From Octopus sinensis (Eukaryota): a stretch of 64,000 bases of DNA. The stretch's first letter is position 1. Each line of letters begins with the position of its first letter. Under the pieces are notes generated by a model. The model saw only the letters and a program-made list of their open reading frames with translations. It had not been told where the DNA came from and did no database searches. Position numbers and translations under genes: made by a program. Shown here piece by piece: positions 11,702 to 25,444 of this stretch. The stretch lies in assembly GCF_006345805.1 (NCBI RefSeq), contig NC_043000.1, positions 156,240,001 through 156,304,000 of the forward strand, given 5' to 3'.

Positions 11702-12528
11702 CTACAAGACAATAATAACAAGAGGTCGGTTAATCTCACATAAAAAGCACCATCCGAACATGGCTGTTGCCAGCGCCGCCCCGACTGGCTTCTGTGCCGG
11801 TAGCACATAAAAGGCACCATCCGAACGTGGCCGTTGTCAGCGCCGCCTTGGCTGGCTTCCATGCCGGTGGCACGTTAAAAGCTCCAACCGATTGTGGCCG
11901 ATGCCGGACACCCCTGGCACCTGTGCAGGTGGCACGTAAAAAGCACCCACTACACTCGCAGAGTGGTTGGCGTTAGGAAGGGCATCCAGCTGTAGAAACT
12001 CTGCCAGATCAGACTGGAGCCTGGTGCAGCCCCTGGCTTCCCAGACCCCGGTCGAACCGTCCAATCCGTGCTAGCGCGGAAAACGGATGTTAAACGATGA
12101 TGATGTAGCATACTTAAACAGAAAATGAATTTTGTTTATAATTACACACATTCGATATTATTTCAAGAAAACAACATTATTGAAACAAAACGATAGCATG
12201 GGGAATGTGGCCGATGCCTGTGCCAGTAGCACATAAAAAGCACCTTTCAAGCATTGGACCTCACAGGGGCAGTGACAAATGACCAAGACCTTTGGCAATA
12301 TGCCTTGCTGGAGTAGAAGACTCATCAAGCCAAGCAAAATCGTAGTCATGGCAAATGCTGGTGCCACACAACTGGCATCTATGCTGGTGACATGTAAAAG
12401 CACCCATTGCATTCTCGGAGTGGTTGGCATTAGGAAGGGCATCCAGCTGTAGAAACCATGCCAGTATGGACAACAGATGTTACATGATGATGATGATACC
12501 ATATGAGCCAGTTTGAATCATTATGACA

Positions 12529-12685
12529 TCTTTATATATAAAAGTAAGGTTGTGTGCTGTCTGTCTCCAACGATTTAGATTCCTAACTACTCCCACATTT
12601 TGCGGTGCAGTTTAACCAAAACCGGGTATCTTATAGTCGTGATTCATATCAAGCCCTTCTGGGTATTAGCGCACGTATTAGCGCA
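12529..12685 (+). mobile_element. 5' part of a non-autonomous Helitron
   Basis: A|TCTTTATATATAAAAG start; reverse complement of ~14095-14241. Confidence 0.7.
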
Positions 12686-12720
12686 GTTTCAAATACTATA
12701 GAAAATAGAACATAATTTAT

Positions 12721-13042
12721 TGTGTCTGGGGAGAGTCATTTTCTTTTTGTGCCTTATAATTTAACACACTCACTGGTAAAATTTCCAATTATTTCTTATT
12801 CTTAGTTTCCTAAAATTTTCAGTGCGTCTTGCAACCTTTTCAAGAGTCAAAACTATTGAAAAAGTTTCAAGACGCAACGAAAATTTTAGGAAAATGAAAA
12901 TAAGAAATAAGTGGAAATTTTATGAGTGAGTGACTTAAATTATAAGGCACAAAAAGAAAATGACTCTCCCCAGACACAACAGAATATGCTTCAACACACG
13001 AACTCACATAAAGAATCTTGCAAACCAAATCCACAAACGAAA
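12721..13042. mobile_element. Palindromic MITE-like element
   Basis: Arms 12721-12843 and 12856-12978 are imperfect inverted repeats around a 12-nt loop; 15-bp direct repeat AGAACATAATTTATT at 12707-12721 and 13043-13057; a half copy lies at ~38770-39050. Confidence 0.75.
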
Positions 13043-13938
13043 AGAACATAATTTATTTTTCATTTATGAAACATTTGGTTATTATATTTTCTGAATGGGA
13101 CTTAATATTTATATGTGTGAAGACAGCCAGCTGGCAAAATTGTCAGCACACCAGATAAAATGCAGCATTTCATCCCTCTTTACGTTCATCATCATCATCG
13201 TTTAGCGTCCGCTTTCCATGCTAGCATGGGTTGGACAGTTCAACTGGGGTCTGGAAAGCCAGAAGGCTGCGCCAGGCCCAGTCTGATCTGGCAGTGTTTC
13301 TACAGCTGGATGCCCTTCCTAACGCCAACCACTCCAAGAGTGTAGTGGGTGCTTTTTACGTGCCACCCGCACAGGTGCCAGACGGAGCTGGCAAATGGCC
13401 ATGGACGGATGGTGCTTTTTACGTGCCACCGGCACGGAGGCCAGTCGGGGCGGCGCTAGCAACGGCCACGTTTGGATGGTTCTCTTATGTGCCACCGGCA
13501 CTGGTATCTCAGCTACAATTTCCATTGATGTTGAAAGATTTCGATTTCGATTTTGATTTTCACTTGCCTCAACAGGTCTTCTGAGTTCAAATTCTGCTGC
13601 TGTTGACTTTACTTTCCATCCTTTTGGGATCAATAAAATAAATACCAGCTGAGCAGCACTGGGGTCGATGTAAATGACATAAAAACCTTCCCTGAAATTG
13701 CTAGCCTTGTGCCAAAATTTGAAATCAATATTTATAATGTATGAAAATCAAAAAATATATAGAGGGAGCACACGGAATTACCCATCAGAAAAATCCATGG
13801 AGTGACTAACAATTAATTGTAGACACAGATGTTGGATACTGATCGTTGTGGTAAGCCATCAATTGGAATTCAACTGAGAGCTAATATGGTATCTACCCGG
13901 ATAATATATCCCTCCAAAATTACTTTTATATATATATA

Positions 13939-14241
13939 CTAGCAGTATCGCCCGGCGTTGCTCGGGTTTGTAAGGGAAATAACTATATAAGCATTTTTAG
14001 AGAGTTATAGCCAAAAAATAGCAAATAAATGCATTAAAAATGGGAAAAAAAAAATGATGGTAAATTTTTTTTTAAATCGTAGACTCATCGTAGACGCGCG
14101 CTAATACTCAGAAGGGCTCGATATGAATCACGACTATAAGATACCCGGTTTTGGTTAAACTGCACCGCAAAATGTGGGAGTAGTTAGGAATCTAAATCGT
14201 AGGAGACAGACAGCACACAACCTCTCTTTTATATATAAAGA
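13939..14241 (-). mobile_element. Complete non-autonomous Helitron (303 bp)
   Basis: 5' TC and 3' CTAG inserted between A and T; subterminal GC-rich hairpin CCCGAGCAACGCCGGG about 8 nt before CTAG. Confidence 0.85.
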
Positions 14242-14459
14242 TATTGCACAAGAAGAGAGAATATGTCAACTTTTAACATTCAAAGGCAGGTTTATTATTT
14301 GGCTGGCTTTCTTTTGCCTCTCTCTAACAAAGGGCCAAATTTCAGCTCCCAGGCCAGACCAGGTACCAATGTTTACATTCATGTCTGATACCATTAACAC
14401 AATACAACACAACACTATAAGAGTAACGAAGGGCATAAGAAGAGAACATTGTTTCTTAC

Positions 14460-14577
14460 CTTTGAGTGTGAAAGGGAGCAGGTCCATACTGATTGAAGAT
14501 GACAGTTCTGTCAACACGTATAATACACCTTCCTTCAGACTAACAAATGGTGTAGTCAAGACAAATCGACACAAAAC
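14460..14577 (-). CDS. INTS7: INTS7 coding exon 7
   Basis: VLCRFVLTTPFVSLKEGVLYVLTELSSSISMDLLPFTLK(G) matches recalled human ALCECALQTPYDSLKLGMLSVLSTLS; acceptor tttccag, donor GTAAGA, 118 nt, phase 0 to 1. Confidence 0.9.
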
Positions 14578-17491
14578 CTGGAAAGATTATGTAATTAAGA
14601 TTTGATAAAGCATGAAGCTTTTGAATCCCTCCTCACTCCACACTTTACTACTAAGTCAATATGACATGAACACTTGAAATTTTATTTTATCTACTGAGGT
14701 GATGTCTTTTAGTTGTTTCAGTCATTGGGGTGTGGCCATGCTGGGGCATTGCCTTCAAGGGATTAGTCAAACAAGTCAACTCCAGCACTTACGGTTTTTT
14801 TTAAACCTAGTACTTATTCTATCAGTCTCTTTTTGCTAAATGTAAAAGACTTTCTCACCTTCCCAAGCATCAAACTAATACACCTGCTTGTTGTTTGTAC
14901 ACCTGTCTTCGTCTATTGTTTTTCTATAAATTTCAACTATATGTGTTACCAGTGCCGGTGGCATGTAAGAGAACCATCCCGTTCGCGACCGTTGCCAGCA
15001 CCGCCCCGACTGGCCTCGTGCTGGTGGCACGTAAAAAGCACCATCCGTTCGTGTCCGTTGCCAACCTCGCCTGGCCCCCGTGCCGGTGGCACATAAAAAG
15101 CACCATCCGTTTGTGGCCGTTTGCCAGCTCTGTCTGGCACCTGTGCGGGTGGCACGTAAAAAGCACCCACTACACTCACAGTGGTTGGCGTTAGGAAGTG
15201 CATCCAGCCGTAGAAACACTGCCAGATCTGACTGGGCCTGATGAAGCCTTCTGGCTTCACAGACCCCAGTTGAACCGTCCAACCCATGCTAGCATGGAAA
15301 ACGGACACTAAACGATGATGATGATATATATCGATGACTGGCATCCATGCTAGTGGAGCACTAAGAGCACCATCCAAGCGTGATCGTTACTAGTGTCACC
15401 TTACTGGCACGTGATAAAAACATTCGAGTGAGGTCATTGCCAGTGCCAATGGACTGGCTCCTGTGCAGGTGGCATGTAAAAACACCATTTGAGCCTGGCC
15501 GTTACCAGTACCACCTGACTGGCCATCGTGCCAGTGGCACGTAAAAGCACCCACTACACTCTTGGAGTGGTTGGTGTTAGGAAGAGCATCCAGCTGTAGA
15601 AACTCTGCCAGATCAGACTGAAGCCTGGTGCAGCCATCTGGTTTGCCAGTCCTCAGTCAAATTGTCCAACCCATGGAAATCGGATGTTAAATGATGTAAA
15701 AGTAAAAAAAATAAATGCAGTATCGTGAGATACATATGTGTGTGTTTAACTATGAGAATTTCTTTTTTTTTTTTGCTTTGACAAGACAAAAATTCTACAG
15801 GGAGTATAGCTGAATCAACTGAAATATATTACTGGTACTTATTTTATAGACTCATGACAAATGATATCTAACTCCTCCTCCTCCTTATCATCATCATCAT
15901 CAGTTAACGTCGGTGTTCCATGCTGGCATGGGTTGAATGGTTTGACAGGAGCTGGCAAGCCAGAAAACTCCCGCAAGCTCCATCTTCTGTTTTAGCAGCA
16001 TCGTTTTTACAGCTGGACGTCCTTCCCTAATGCCAACTACTTTATAGAGTGGACAGGATGCATGTTTTATGTGGCCCCAGCACTGGTTGCATGACATCAG
16101 CACGCACTCTGTGAGTTTTAAGCTCAAAGTAGTAAAGAAGAGTCAATGAGTTGGATAGTTTAAGCCTTTAGCATTCAGATAACTCTGTCACAGGTGATGC
16201 TTATTAATTCACATTGTCTTGAATTAATCATGCACCATCTTGTAGCTTTGGGATTTCAATGACGTGATTGTATATCTTTCAAATGACATAGGATCTGGTC
16301 AGAATATAAAACAGGTAGAATATTTAGGCCACATATGACCAGTTTAAATGCTACAGGGTTAAATCATCTCAAACCACTGCACTCATACTGGCTATTTCAT
16401 CTGCCCTACTGAGAAAATTTACTTTCAATTATAAGGAATAAAATAAGTTTGGCTCCTATGTTGGTGTTTAACTGATATCATTATTACAAATGTCAGCTAA
16501 ATTGCTAGTTCAATACAGAAGCAAGCAATTATTCAAACCACAGAACGTTTCAGAACTTCTATAGAAGAACATAACTTTTTATTACCCATTTTCTATGACT
16601 TCTAAATTTATACATTTTCATAATGCTGGAGTAATTGGTTGTATTAATATTTGAACTAATAACCTTGTGGTTAGCTTGTATCAGGACAATTCACACTGAT
16701 GACAACTACCCACCTCTCCAATATATTAAGAAATTTTAAATCATCATATTTTCTCAGGGGTTATTGTCCATGAGGGAGAGAGTATATGTCCTAGACTCAG
16801 TTAGCTATCCAACACTTTAACTTTAGCTTCACAAGCACTGTCACTGTTATTATAGAATACGCAGACAAAAACCATGATGTCAGCCAATTCAAAGATATGA
16901 AATCAAAAATTTTTAACCTGCACTATCTGTGTTTGAATAAATTTTGAAAGTAATCAAGAATTTGAAATGATTCACTCAAATACTTAACTTAAACATTTAA
17001 CCCTTTATTAATCTAGCATTTAAAAAACAGGGCCGTTGCCAGCGCCGCCTTGGCTGGCTTCCATGCCGGGGTGGCATGCTAAAAGCTCCAACGGATCGTG
17101 GCCGATGCCGGACCCCACCTGGCACCTGTGCAGGTGGCACGTAAAAAGCACCCACTACACTCGCGGAGTGGTTGGCGTTACGAAGGGCATCCAGCTGTAG
17201 AAACTCTGCCAGATCAGACTGGAGCCTGGTGCAGCCCCTGGCTTCCCAGACCCCGGTCGAACCGTCCAACCCGTGCTAGCGCGGATAACGGACGTTAAAC
17301 AATGATGATGATGATGTTCTTAAAAATAGTTTTTCAAAAGAGTCTTATATAAATTTATGGCTGAAAGTTTTAATTAAGATATAAACACTTTAAAATAGTT
17401 GATTTTTGTATCAAAGAACTAGAAGTGGTATCAGACAGGCTGGTATCAAAAGCATTAAATGAACAAATAAAACATATCAAAATGTGAATAC

Positions 17492-17731
17492 CTCAACATT
17501 TTCAGCTACCCACAAATGCGGAGTTTTACAAGCCAACATCTGCAGATCTTTCAAAACCATGATTTTCACTGTCTTACGGGGGTCGTTTTCCAGATAGTTT
17601 AATAATAAAGAGATTTGCTGTGTAATGTCCAGTAAAGCATGTATTGCCAATTTGGACATGGTGTGGAGGGTCAGCATTACAAATCTTTTAGCGGGATAGC
17701 TTTTTAACAACAGAAGGCAGACTGTTCGTGC
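17492..17731 (-). CDS. INTS7: INTS7 coding exon 6
   Basis: ARTVCLLLLKSYPAKRFVMLTLHTMSKLAIHALLDITQQISLLLNYLENDPRKTVKIMVLKDLQMLACKTPHLWVAENVE; conserved YLxNDPRK and KTPHxW; 240 nt, phase 0 to 0. Confidence 0.95.
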
Positions 17732-18992
17732 CTATAAACAAATAAAAAAACAAAGAAAAATATATTTAGAAAGCAGATCAAACACATAAAAAAAATTTTA
17801 ATTATCACTAATAGAACAAAATATATAAACAAAAAACAAAAAAAAAAAAAGTTTCGCCTTACTGGCACCTGTGCCGGTGGCATATGTAAAAGATTTGAGC
17901 AAGGTCATTGCCAGTACTTCCTGACTGGCCCCCGTGCCGGTGGCACGTAAAAGCACCTACTACACTCTCGGAGTGGTTGGCGTTAGGAAGGACATCCACC
18001 TGTAGAAACTCTGCCAGATCAAGATTGAAGCCTGGTGCAGCCATCTGTTTCACTAGCCCTCAGTCAAATCGTCCAACCCATGCTAGCATGGAAAGCAGAC
18101 GTTAAACGATGATGATGATGATGATAATGAAAGGGCATTTTACTGGAAGAAATAGCAACAAAATTTTTCTCAAACCTTGCCCTAGCATTTTTAAGAAAAG
18201 GAAGGACACATCAAATGGAGTAGTCAAGGTCTGTGACAAAGAAAGAGATAAATCACAGTCAAAATACTTGCAATCCTTTCAACCAGAATTAAACAACATC
18301 TGCTGCTACTCCAATAACAACACTGTTCATCATCATCATCGTTTAACGTCTGTTCTCCATGCTAGCATGGGTTGGACGGTTCGACCAGGGATCTGGGAAG
18401 CCAGAAGGCTGCACCAGGCTCCAGTCTGATCTGGCAGTGTTTCTACAGCTGGATGCCCTTCCTAATGCCAACCACTCCATGAGTGTAGTGGGTGCTTTTT
18501 ACTTGCCACCTGCACAGGTGCCAGGCGAGGCTGGCAACGGCCACGGTCAGATTGGTGCATTTTATGTGCCACCGGCACGGAAGCCAGTCGAGGTGGCACT
18601 GGCATCGGCCACGATTCGGATAGTGCTTTTTACGTACCACCAGTCCAGGGGTCCTGGCATCTGCCGGGTGCCAGTCATAGGATTGGTTCAATTTCGATTT
18701 CGATTTCACTTGCCCCAACAGGTCTTCGCAAGCAAACTGCTATTCAATAAAATGTTTTCTCAAGTTGACATTAAACTGAATGTTTCCTAATTTGGAAAAG
18801 TGAATTCCTTATCAACAGTAAATCTGTTGGATGGGGATAATGCGTATTACTGCCAGATCTAAAGATGATGCCAATGACTTTTATAATTATATACTAATTA
18901 GTTCTAGAATAGAGTTAATAATTGTTTCTGATTTAGAGAAAAAAGCCAACAATTATAATGTGTAGGAAAAGAGTTAGTCATTTAAATCAACC

Positions 18993-19392
18993 TTAGGCGC
19001 AGGAGTGTCTGTGTGGTAAGTAGCTTGCTAACCAACCACATGGTTCCGGGTTCAGTCCCACTGCGTGGCATCTTGGGCAAGTGTCTTCTGCTATAGCCCC
19101 GGGCTGACCAATGCCTTGTGAGTGGATTTGGTAGACGGAAACTGAAAGAAGCCTGTCGTATATATGTATATATATAAATATATATGTGTGTGTGTGCATG
19201 TGTTTGTCCCCCTAGCATTGCTTGACAACCGATGCTGGTATGCTTACATCCCCGTCACTTAGCGGTTTGGCAAAAGAGACCGATAGATTAAGTACTGGGC
19301 TTACAAAGAATAAGTCCCGGGGTCGATTTTCTCGACTAAAGGCGGTGCTCCAGCATGGCTGCAGTCAAATGACTGAAACAAGTAAAAGAGTA
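18993..19392 (+). mobile_element. ~400-bp tRNA-head SINE with internal (TA)n(TG)n (representative copy)
   Basis: GGCGCAGGAGTGGCTGTGTGGTAAG head and AAAAGAGTA tail. Other copies at about 2119-2495(-), 23113-23460(+), 27019-27392(+), 35402-35813(-), 36959-37361(-), 48861-49210(+), 54408-54855(-), 59948-60362(+), 60511-60932(-), 61411-61872(+), 63157-63560(+). Confidence 0.9.
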
Positions 19393-20253
19393 AAGTGTTA
19401 GTACTTCATTGGTACTTTATTTTATCAACTGTGAAGGGATGAAAGGTAATGTTGACCTAAGTAGGATTTGATCTGAGAATGCAAATTGTCTCAACCAATA
19501 CTGCACGGCATTTTTTCAATGCTTTAACAATTTGGTCAGCTCTCCCTCCTTAGAAGTAGAACTAATAATCCTTTTTTTTCCCAATAATCACAAGGCTTGA
19601 CATTTTTTAGTGGCGGGAGGTGGGGTGCTAGTTGATGACTAGTGCTCAACTAGTACTTATTTTCTCAATCTTGAAAGGAGGAAAGGAAAAGTCAGCCTCA
19701 GTGAGGTTTGAACTCAGAACACAGAGACAGATGAAATGCTGTTTAGCATTTTGTCCAGTGTGCTAATGAGGGAACAAACAAGGACAGACAAATGGATTAA
19801 GTCGATTACATCGACCCCAGTGCGTAACTGGTACTTAATTTATCGACCCCGAAAGGAGGAAAGGCAAAGTCGACCTCAGTGGAACTTGAACTCAGAACGT
19901 AACGGCAGACGAAATACTGCTAAGCATTTCACCCGTTGTGCTAATGATTCTGCCAGTTCACCACCTTAAGTAGAGCTAATAATAAACAGCACAATGGCAA
20001 GAGGAGAATAAAGGAAGTTATGGTTGGTGTTTAGTGCTAGTTTGGTCCTCACAGAACAAATCTATAATCAAAAGTAATCTACCTCTACCATTTTCTCCTT
20101 TTTTTTTTGTTTTCTCCTTTCCAGACCATGCATCTAGGAGAGCTTTACTCAGTCGCTTCTTCCATTTTTTAAAGATACTCAAGCGTGACTATGATTTGAG
20201 AGAGATTTGGCAACTATTTCAAGCAAGTAAGTAACTACCAAATACCACAATTA

Positions 20254-20653
20254 CTTACTTACTTGTACTTGTGGCGACATTCACCCTGAGCGGGTTGAGT
20301 CAGCTTCTTCTCCCACCCTTGAGGCATCTCAAACCATGGCAGCCCACGCACGACGGTCCTGCGCCAGTTCACTGGAGATAGCGAGCCAGTCACGTTTCCA
20401 TAAGCGCAGGCCGACCACCTGCGGTCCCGTGAGCACGGAGAGGTCCACCTTGATAGTCGTAACCCAGGTCTTTAGCTGCCCGCCCGCGTGTTTCCTCCAG
20501 TTGGGAAGTGGAGTTGGGAGAAGGACATCACAGCTCAGTTCACCCACCGGACGCCTACATGCATTGCCAAACCACCGCAAGCGCCGTTGCAGAATGACAG
20601 ATGGAAGGGGCCGCAGAGACAGGCGAAGTCGGAGATTGGCGGTGGGAACTCGA
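20254..20653 (-). mobile_element. 5'-truncated RTE LINE
   Basis: Minus-strand ORF with QRRLRWFG..GGQLKTW..ELAQDRRAW; (AAGT)n tail; 14-bp TSD AAATA(C/A)CACAATTA at 20240-20253 and 20654-20667. Confidence 0.88.
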
Positions 20654-20690
20654 AAATAACACAATTAACTTTCAGTAGGGTGCAGCTTAC

Positions 20691-20820
20691 CTTAGCAGCA
20701 GTTTCCGCATCATGGTGCATATGCTGCAGAATTGGTATCAGCTGTAGTTTTAGTTCCATAGGGGTTTCAACTTTTTCAATCATCTGTGCAATGCGATCAC
20801 AGATACTTGCTGAGAACAAT
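20691..20820 (-). CDS. INTS7: INTS7 coding exon 5
   Basis: LFSASICDRIAQMIEKVETPMELKLQLIPILQHMHHDAETAAK; LKLxLIPILQHMHHD is an INTS7 signature; 130 nt, phase 2 to 0; donor GTAAGC. Confidence 0.96.
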
Positions 20821-20910
20821 CTGCAAGAAAGATGTACACATTTTAAAATTAATATTTAGTAGCTTTGTGGATAAGGTGCTTGATTAAAGACAAGATCATG
20901 AAATTCATTT

Positions 20911-21326
20911 CTCTTTCGTTACTGTATTTATTTTGAGATGCTCTGTGTTTCTTTGAATTACTTTAACCCTTTCATTACCAACCCGGCTAAAACCGGCTCT
21001 GGCTCCTGAGTACAAATGTCATGTTTTTATAAGTTTTGAATTAAAATCTTCCACCAAACCTTAGTCACAATTTATGTTCCTAACACCAGCTGAATGATAA
21101 CAAAGTTATTTTACTAAATTCTTTGTTATATTTAAAGTAATTGAAAGAAACACAGAGCATCTAAAAAAAAAAATACAGTAACGAAAGGGTTAAATATAAC
21201 AAGAATTTAGTAAAATAACTAAGTTATCATTAAGGTTTGGTGGAAGATTTTAATTCAAAACTTATGAAAACAAGACATTTGTACTCAGAGCCAGAGCCGG
21301 TTTCAGCCGGGTTGGTAACGAAAAGG
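20911..21326. mobile_element. Nested piggyBac-type MITEs
   Basis: An intact copy at 20967-21189 (TTAA|CCCTTTC...GAAAGGG|TTAA) sits at an internal TTAA of an oppositely oriented copy of the same family; another intact copy lies at 53323-53542. Confidence 0.8.
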
Positions 21327-21689
21327 TTAAGTACACATTCATCCTTTTTAACCTACTTGAAAGTAAGTGTTACTCCTATAAAATATAGAGTTAACCACAG
21401 AGGAATATCTGGTTATCAAAATACATTGCTAAAGCAAATAAGTCTCTGTAATTGCTACAACTCTATGAAACATACTGGTATGATAATAAAGTAAATGGAA
21501 TAAAACACTGAGTTATGTACATAAGAAATGGAACCTATTGATTAGCCAAACAGACTGAGCTGAATTGAACAAAGTGTTTTATGTAAACATCAAAATAAAA
21601 TGTATATCGTGAAATGGAATTTTTTACAATATGAATAGTCATTAAGTACCCACAACCACTATTCATCATTATTCATCAATTACCCACAA

Positions 21690-22627
21690 CCACATCATCT
21701 TTCTCAATCAAAGCCGGAATACTGCAGGTAGACACACTCGCCCCATTTCTTTTCATCATTGTTGTTGATTATGTGCTACGTATGTCAGTTGATACCATCT
21801 CTGGCAAGGGCTTTGAAATAAAACCAAGAAGTTCCAGACACCTAGCTGAATACTTGACAGACACTGACTTTGCTGACGACATCGCTCTTATCAGTGATTC
21901 TCTCTCCAATGCCCAGTCTCTTTTACAATCTCTTGAACAAACCTCAAATTGTGTAGGTCTTTACCTCAATGAGGCCAAGACTGAATATATAAGCAATTGC
22001 CTGTCCAACAGTGATTGCATCATCCATACTCTCAACAATGCGCCCTTAAATATGGTTTCTGATTACAAATATCTTGGGTCATACATATCATCATCTGGAA
22101 AAGATTTTCTAACTAGAAAGGGTATGGCCTGGTCAGCCTGTAATGACATGCATAAGATCTGGTCATCAAATCTAAGTAGAGACTTCAAACTTGAAATCTT
22201 CAAAGCCACAGTCGAACCAATTCTACTATATGGCTCAGAAACCTGGACGTTATTAAAGAAGCTTGAGAGGCGGCTGGATGGAACCTACACTCGCCTCCTT
22301 ATGAGAGCTCAAAATCTCTCGTGGAAGCGCCATCCAACCAAAATGCAAATATATGGGAAACTACCACCTGTGTCATCTCTTGTGAAAGGTAAGAGAATCC
22401 AGTTTGCTGGACATTGTTGTAGAGCTGAAAAAGAGGTAATTTCTACTCTTCTCTGGAAGCCATCAACTCGCAATACCAGAGGGCGCACACTCTCCTACCC
22501 TGATGTAATCTCCAGGGATACAGGCATCCAGCAACAGGACCTCCGTAATGCCATGATGGACCGTGAAGTCTGGCGTAGCATGGTAAATTCCATTGTCTCG
22601 ACCACGGTTGAACAATGATGATGATGA
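21690..22627 (+). mobile_element. RTE-clade LINE, 5'-truncated, with open RT C-terminal half
   Basis: GILQVDTLAPFLFIIVVDY, FADDIAL, YKYLGS and LLYGSETW motifs; open to the stop at 22618; (ATG)n tail. A 3'-end-only copy lies at 30267-30478. Confidence 0.92.
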
Positions 22628-23559
22628 TCACTTAGCATGAATTTTTTTATCAACCTGGTGAAGCCCATCTCTCAGTATTCTATAGTCATGAGATGACATG
22701 ACCTCAGTACTACAAGTGAACAACACTCAGCAATTTTATAGTGCTGCTTCTGTTTGCAACAATGATCTCAATGTTTACAGTGTTTAGTGGGGCACTAAAC
22801 ATCAAACAAAAAATTTATTACAAGTGGACTTTGCATAGAAAGTTGAGAGAAAGATTTTGGAAAAATTTGAAATTAAGAAAAAGAATGTAGAAAACTGTTT
22901 GCCATGTTTTACTAATCATACTTGAGTATAACAAAGTTAATAACAAAATTACAAATAACATAATTTCAAGATGGTCAAGTGGTTGTATGAATTTTCTGAA
23001 GGTTCAAAAATAATCGTTGAAAATCTGTGGCACACGCCTCGCTACATACTATTTGAAAACCACTGCAGTAAACAAAAAAAAAACATCACTAACAAAAAAA
23101 AAAAAAAAAAAAAGGAGTGGGTGTGTGGTAAGTAGCTTGTTTACCAACCACATGGTTCCGGGTTCAGTCCCACTGCGTGGCACCTTGGGCAAGTGTCTTC
23201 TACTATAGCCTCGGGCCGACCAAAGCCTTGTGAGTGGATATGTATATATATATATGTGTGTGTGTGTTTGTCCCCCTAGCATTGCTTGACAACCGATGCT
23301 GGTGTATTTATGTCCCCATTACTTAGAGGTTCGGCAAAAGAGACCGATAGAATAAGTACTGGGCTTACAAAAGAATAAGTCCCGGGGTAGAGTTGCTCGA
23401 TTAAAGGCGGTGCTCCAGCATGGCCACAGTCAAATGACTGAAACAAGTAAAAAGAGTAAAGAAAATCTTGGATGTATGCACATTGCAATAAAAATGAGAA
23501 CTTCTATACCTGTGCCTTGTATTCAATATGGTCAAAGTGGATCTAGCAGAACTATTTAA

Positions 23560-23780
23560 CCCTTTAGCATTTAAACCAGCCATATCCGGCCCAAATATTC
23601 TACTTGTTCTATGTTCAAACTAGCAGGATCTGGCTTTGCATACTTATCCTACAATGTCATTCTAAGAATAAGCAATTACATCCTCAAAATTTCTATACTA
23701 CGATGTCTTTGCATGATTAATTCAAAACAATTCGATTACATAAGCATTACATTTCACAGAATAATCTGAATGCTAAAGGG
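23560..23780. mobile_element. piggyBac-type MITE
   Basis: TTAA TSD on both sides; TIR CCCTTTAGCATT / AATGCTAAAGGG; relatives at 63636-63856 and ~16165-16355. Confidence 0.88.
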
Positions 23781-23851
23781 TTAAGGGAAAACAAATAACG
23801 GATGTAAACTGATGAGTGTATATAAAAGAATAAAAACAAGAGAAATCTTAC

Positions 23852-23989
23852 TTGGAGCGAGCTGCAAATCTCTGGGCAGCATAGACTGCTGCATCCACTT
23901 CAATTGCATCATGGGAGTCAAGACTGACCACGATGCTGTGATGCACTGTAGTTTTCTCAGTGATGATGCTGGCAACACTCCCAAGCGTT
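23852..23989 (-). CDS. INTS7: INTS7 coding exon 4
   Basis: TLGSVASIITEKTTVHHSIVVSLDSHDAIEVDAAVYAAQRFAARS(K) matches recalled human MLGSLASIIPERKNAHHSIRQSLDSHDNVEVEAA; 138 nt, phase 2 to 2. Confidence 0.96.
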
Positions 23990-25444
23990 CTATAAAAGGA
24001 CCATTGTAAGATATATTTATCCAAAATCATGAGAGTCACAATGACAATGGCAAACCCCATAACATGTTAGAAAAACTGAAAAGTGGAAGTGCTGACACAC
24101 AATACAGAAACTTCCACCCAAAAGGTTTTATGTCATTCTGTGTTTTTTTTTTAAAGATACAATTGATAATTATTCACCCTCCATTCAACAAGCTCTTGTA
24201 ATATTTCTAAAACCTTCTTTTTTTGGCACCTGCAAATTCAAATGCACAGCTATCTTTCTGTACATATAGCCTTGCAATCTAGAACACCTGATCCTCCCAT
24301 AGTAAAAGGGTAAAGATCCTCTGCAATCATGAATGACCATGAGATTGCACTTAGAAAGTTTCCATCCAAGGCACATGTCCGGGCAAAGTTGTTTATAGAA
24401 GACCAGCAGTCATCCATGCATACCAGGCTCCCTGTGCCACCCCACCAATGTTATCCAACAGAAAGGCAAAGGTTTGGTACCAGTGACATCTCAACTCACT
24501 TCTACAGCGGAGTGAACTGGAGCAACATGAAAGTGTCTTGCTCAAAGCCTAGTTCTGAAATTGAACTCACTGTCTAACGGTTGTGAGCTCAAAATTGTTC
24601 CTTATCTCCCACCATCATTTCTTCTGATCTTTCCAGACCTGTCTCTAGACTTTTATGGCTTTGTATACACTACCATTCCACTACTATGTTACCTTCCATC
24701 TAGCTGGAACCTGGCTCTAGCCACAAATCTTGTCTGAGCTTTGCAACAGGTTTTCTGATAGAAACAGTTGTTCTCTATGCTTTAAGTCTCTAACTTTTCC
24801 TCTGTTCTGCCCTATGCATCAACTGGTACTTCTTTGAGTCATCATCTGGTGACAAAGGAATTAATTAAAACTTGCCAGCCTTGCCTGGCCTCCGTGCTGG
24901 TGGCACGTAAAAAGCACCATCCGCTCGTGGCCGTTTGCCAGCCTCGTCTGGCACCTGTGCCAGTGGCACGTAAAAAGCACCCACTACACTCATGGAGTGG
25001 TTGGCGTTAGGAAGGGCATTCAGCCATAGAAACATTGCCAGATCAGACTGGGTCTGGTGCAGCCTTCTGGCTTCCCAGACCCCAGTTGCACTGTCCAACC
25101 CATGCCAGCATGGAAAGCGGATGCTAAACGATGATGATTATGATGATGAAGAAAATTAAATCAGAGAAATATTTATGTAATCAATGATTCCTAAGCTCAA
25201 GCATTCTAGACATACTTGCTGTAATACTTTTTAAGACATTAGATCTTAGCATGACATGATCATCATAATAAATGCTAGTTCTCACAAATCCTTGGAAATC
25301 TCATAGTCAACATATAAACTACTTCCCAAAGACTAGCCTTTCTCTTCTGAGACAGAAAATACTTCAGCTTCAAAGAAATTGAATTTTAAGAAAGTAGTTT
25401 GAGCATCCTTGTATTAAATGCTTATAACAGCTGTTGTTGCACTC

